Shown: positions 58,770-59,049 of the stretch, in pieces
Layout: each line of letters begins with the position of its first letter
How positions within the stretch are numbered: the stretch's first letter is position 1
Assembly: GCA_021108405.1 (NCBI GenBank)
Contig: JAIOQW010000163.1
Span: 1 to 59,049 of the forward strand
Length of the DNA stretch: 59,049 nucleotides
DNA from: Methanosarcinales archaeon
GTDB taxonomy: Archaea > Halobacteriota > Methanosarcinia > Methanosarcinales > Methanocomedenaceae
Direction: 5' to 3'
The notes under the pieces: generated by a model
Database searches by the model: none
What the model saw: the letters and a program-made list of their open reading frames with translations, nothing else
Told to the model about the DNA's origin: nothing
Made by a program: the position numbers and the translations under genes

Positions 58770-59033
58770 ATGGAATTTAAGAAAATATTGTATATAATAC
58801 TATTGCTTGCATTTGGTTATTCAATTTATGAATTTATTAAAAATACCACAATAGATACTTTTTTTTATAATTTTATAATTGGGATAATTTCTTATTCAGT
58901 AATTGTAATCTTTTTTTTTCTAATAAATTCGGAAATTGAATATTCTTATAGAAGTCAATCAAAGGAAATTATAAAATTCATGCCCTTATTATTATGGCTC
59001 TTCCTGGATTCCAAGTTGGTGAATTTGAATTGA
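58770..59033 (+). CDS. Small AT-rich membrane protein
   Basis: 87 aa, hydrophobic, very AT-rich. Confidence 0.4.
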   Translation: MEFKKILYIILLLAFGYSIYEFIKNTTIDTFFYNFIIGIISYSVIVIFFFLINSEIEYSYRSQSKEIIKFMPLLLWLFLDSKLVNLN

Positions 59034-59049
59034 ACAAGTAGCTAAAAGC

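Overview
Archaeal chromosomal window, most likely Methanosarcinales. ANME-2-like is an inference from the group II-type Fsr, the DUF1608 S-layer protein, PGF-CTERM anchors and the cdh operon. Left to right: a VLRF1 release-factor homolog and a Cache lipoprotein; a ~13 kb tightly coupled operon (2018-14992) in which five mosaic MJ-type (ATPase_2/STAND-like) ATPases alternate with membrane-anchored surface proteins sharing one Ig-like domain, plus a JAB/MPN protease, a winged-helix protein and a VIT-vWA protein; a kinase-free signalling operon (7xPAS-STAS, Roadblock, dead-KaiC::small GTPase fusion, KaiC-like ATPase); an S-layer protein and an SGNH hydrolase with a shared 54-aa C-terminal tag; a type IV pilus locus (two KaiC-like ATPases, TadA-like ATPase, fused TadB/C, a 1047-aa pilin-4xLamG adhesin, further pilins, one truncated at a group II intron remnant); dmrX; a MITE with a 9-bp target duplication; an AglB-like oligosaccharyltransferase; a small TA/defence islet; GlcD/GlcF-like genes, Lrp and fsr; rimI, prs, a U32-family gene; and a complete cdhABC-cooC-cdhDE operon. 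Intergenic regions carry a family of modular hairpin repeats, including a 49-bp tandem array that is not CRISPR. All calls are by motif recognition only; no searches were run.
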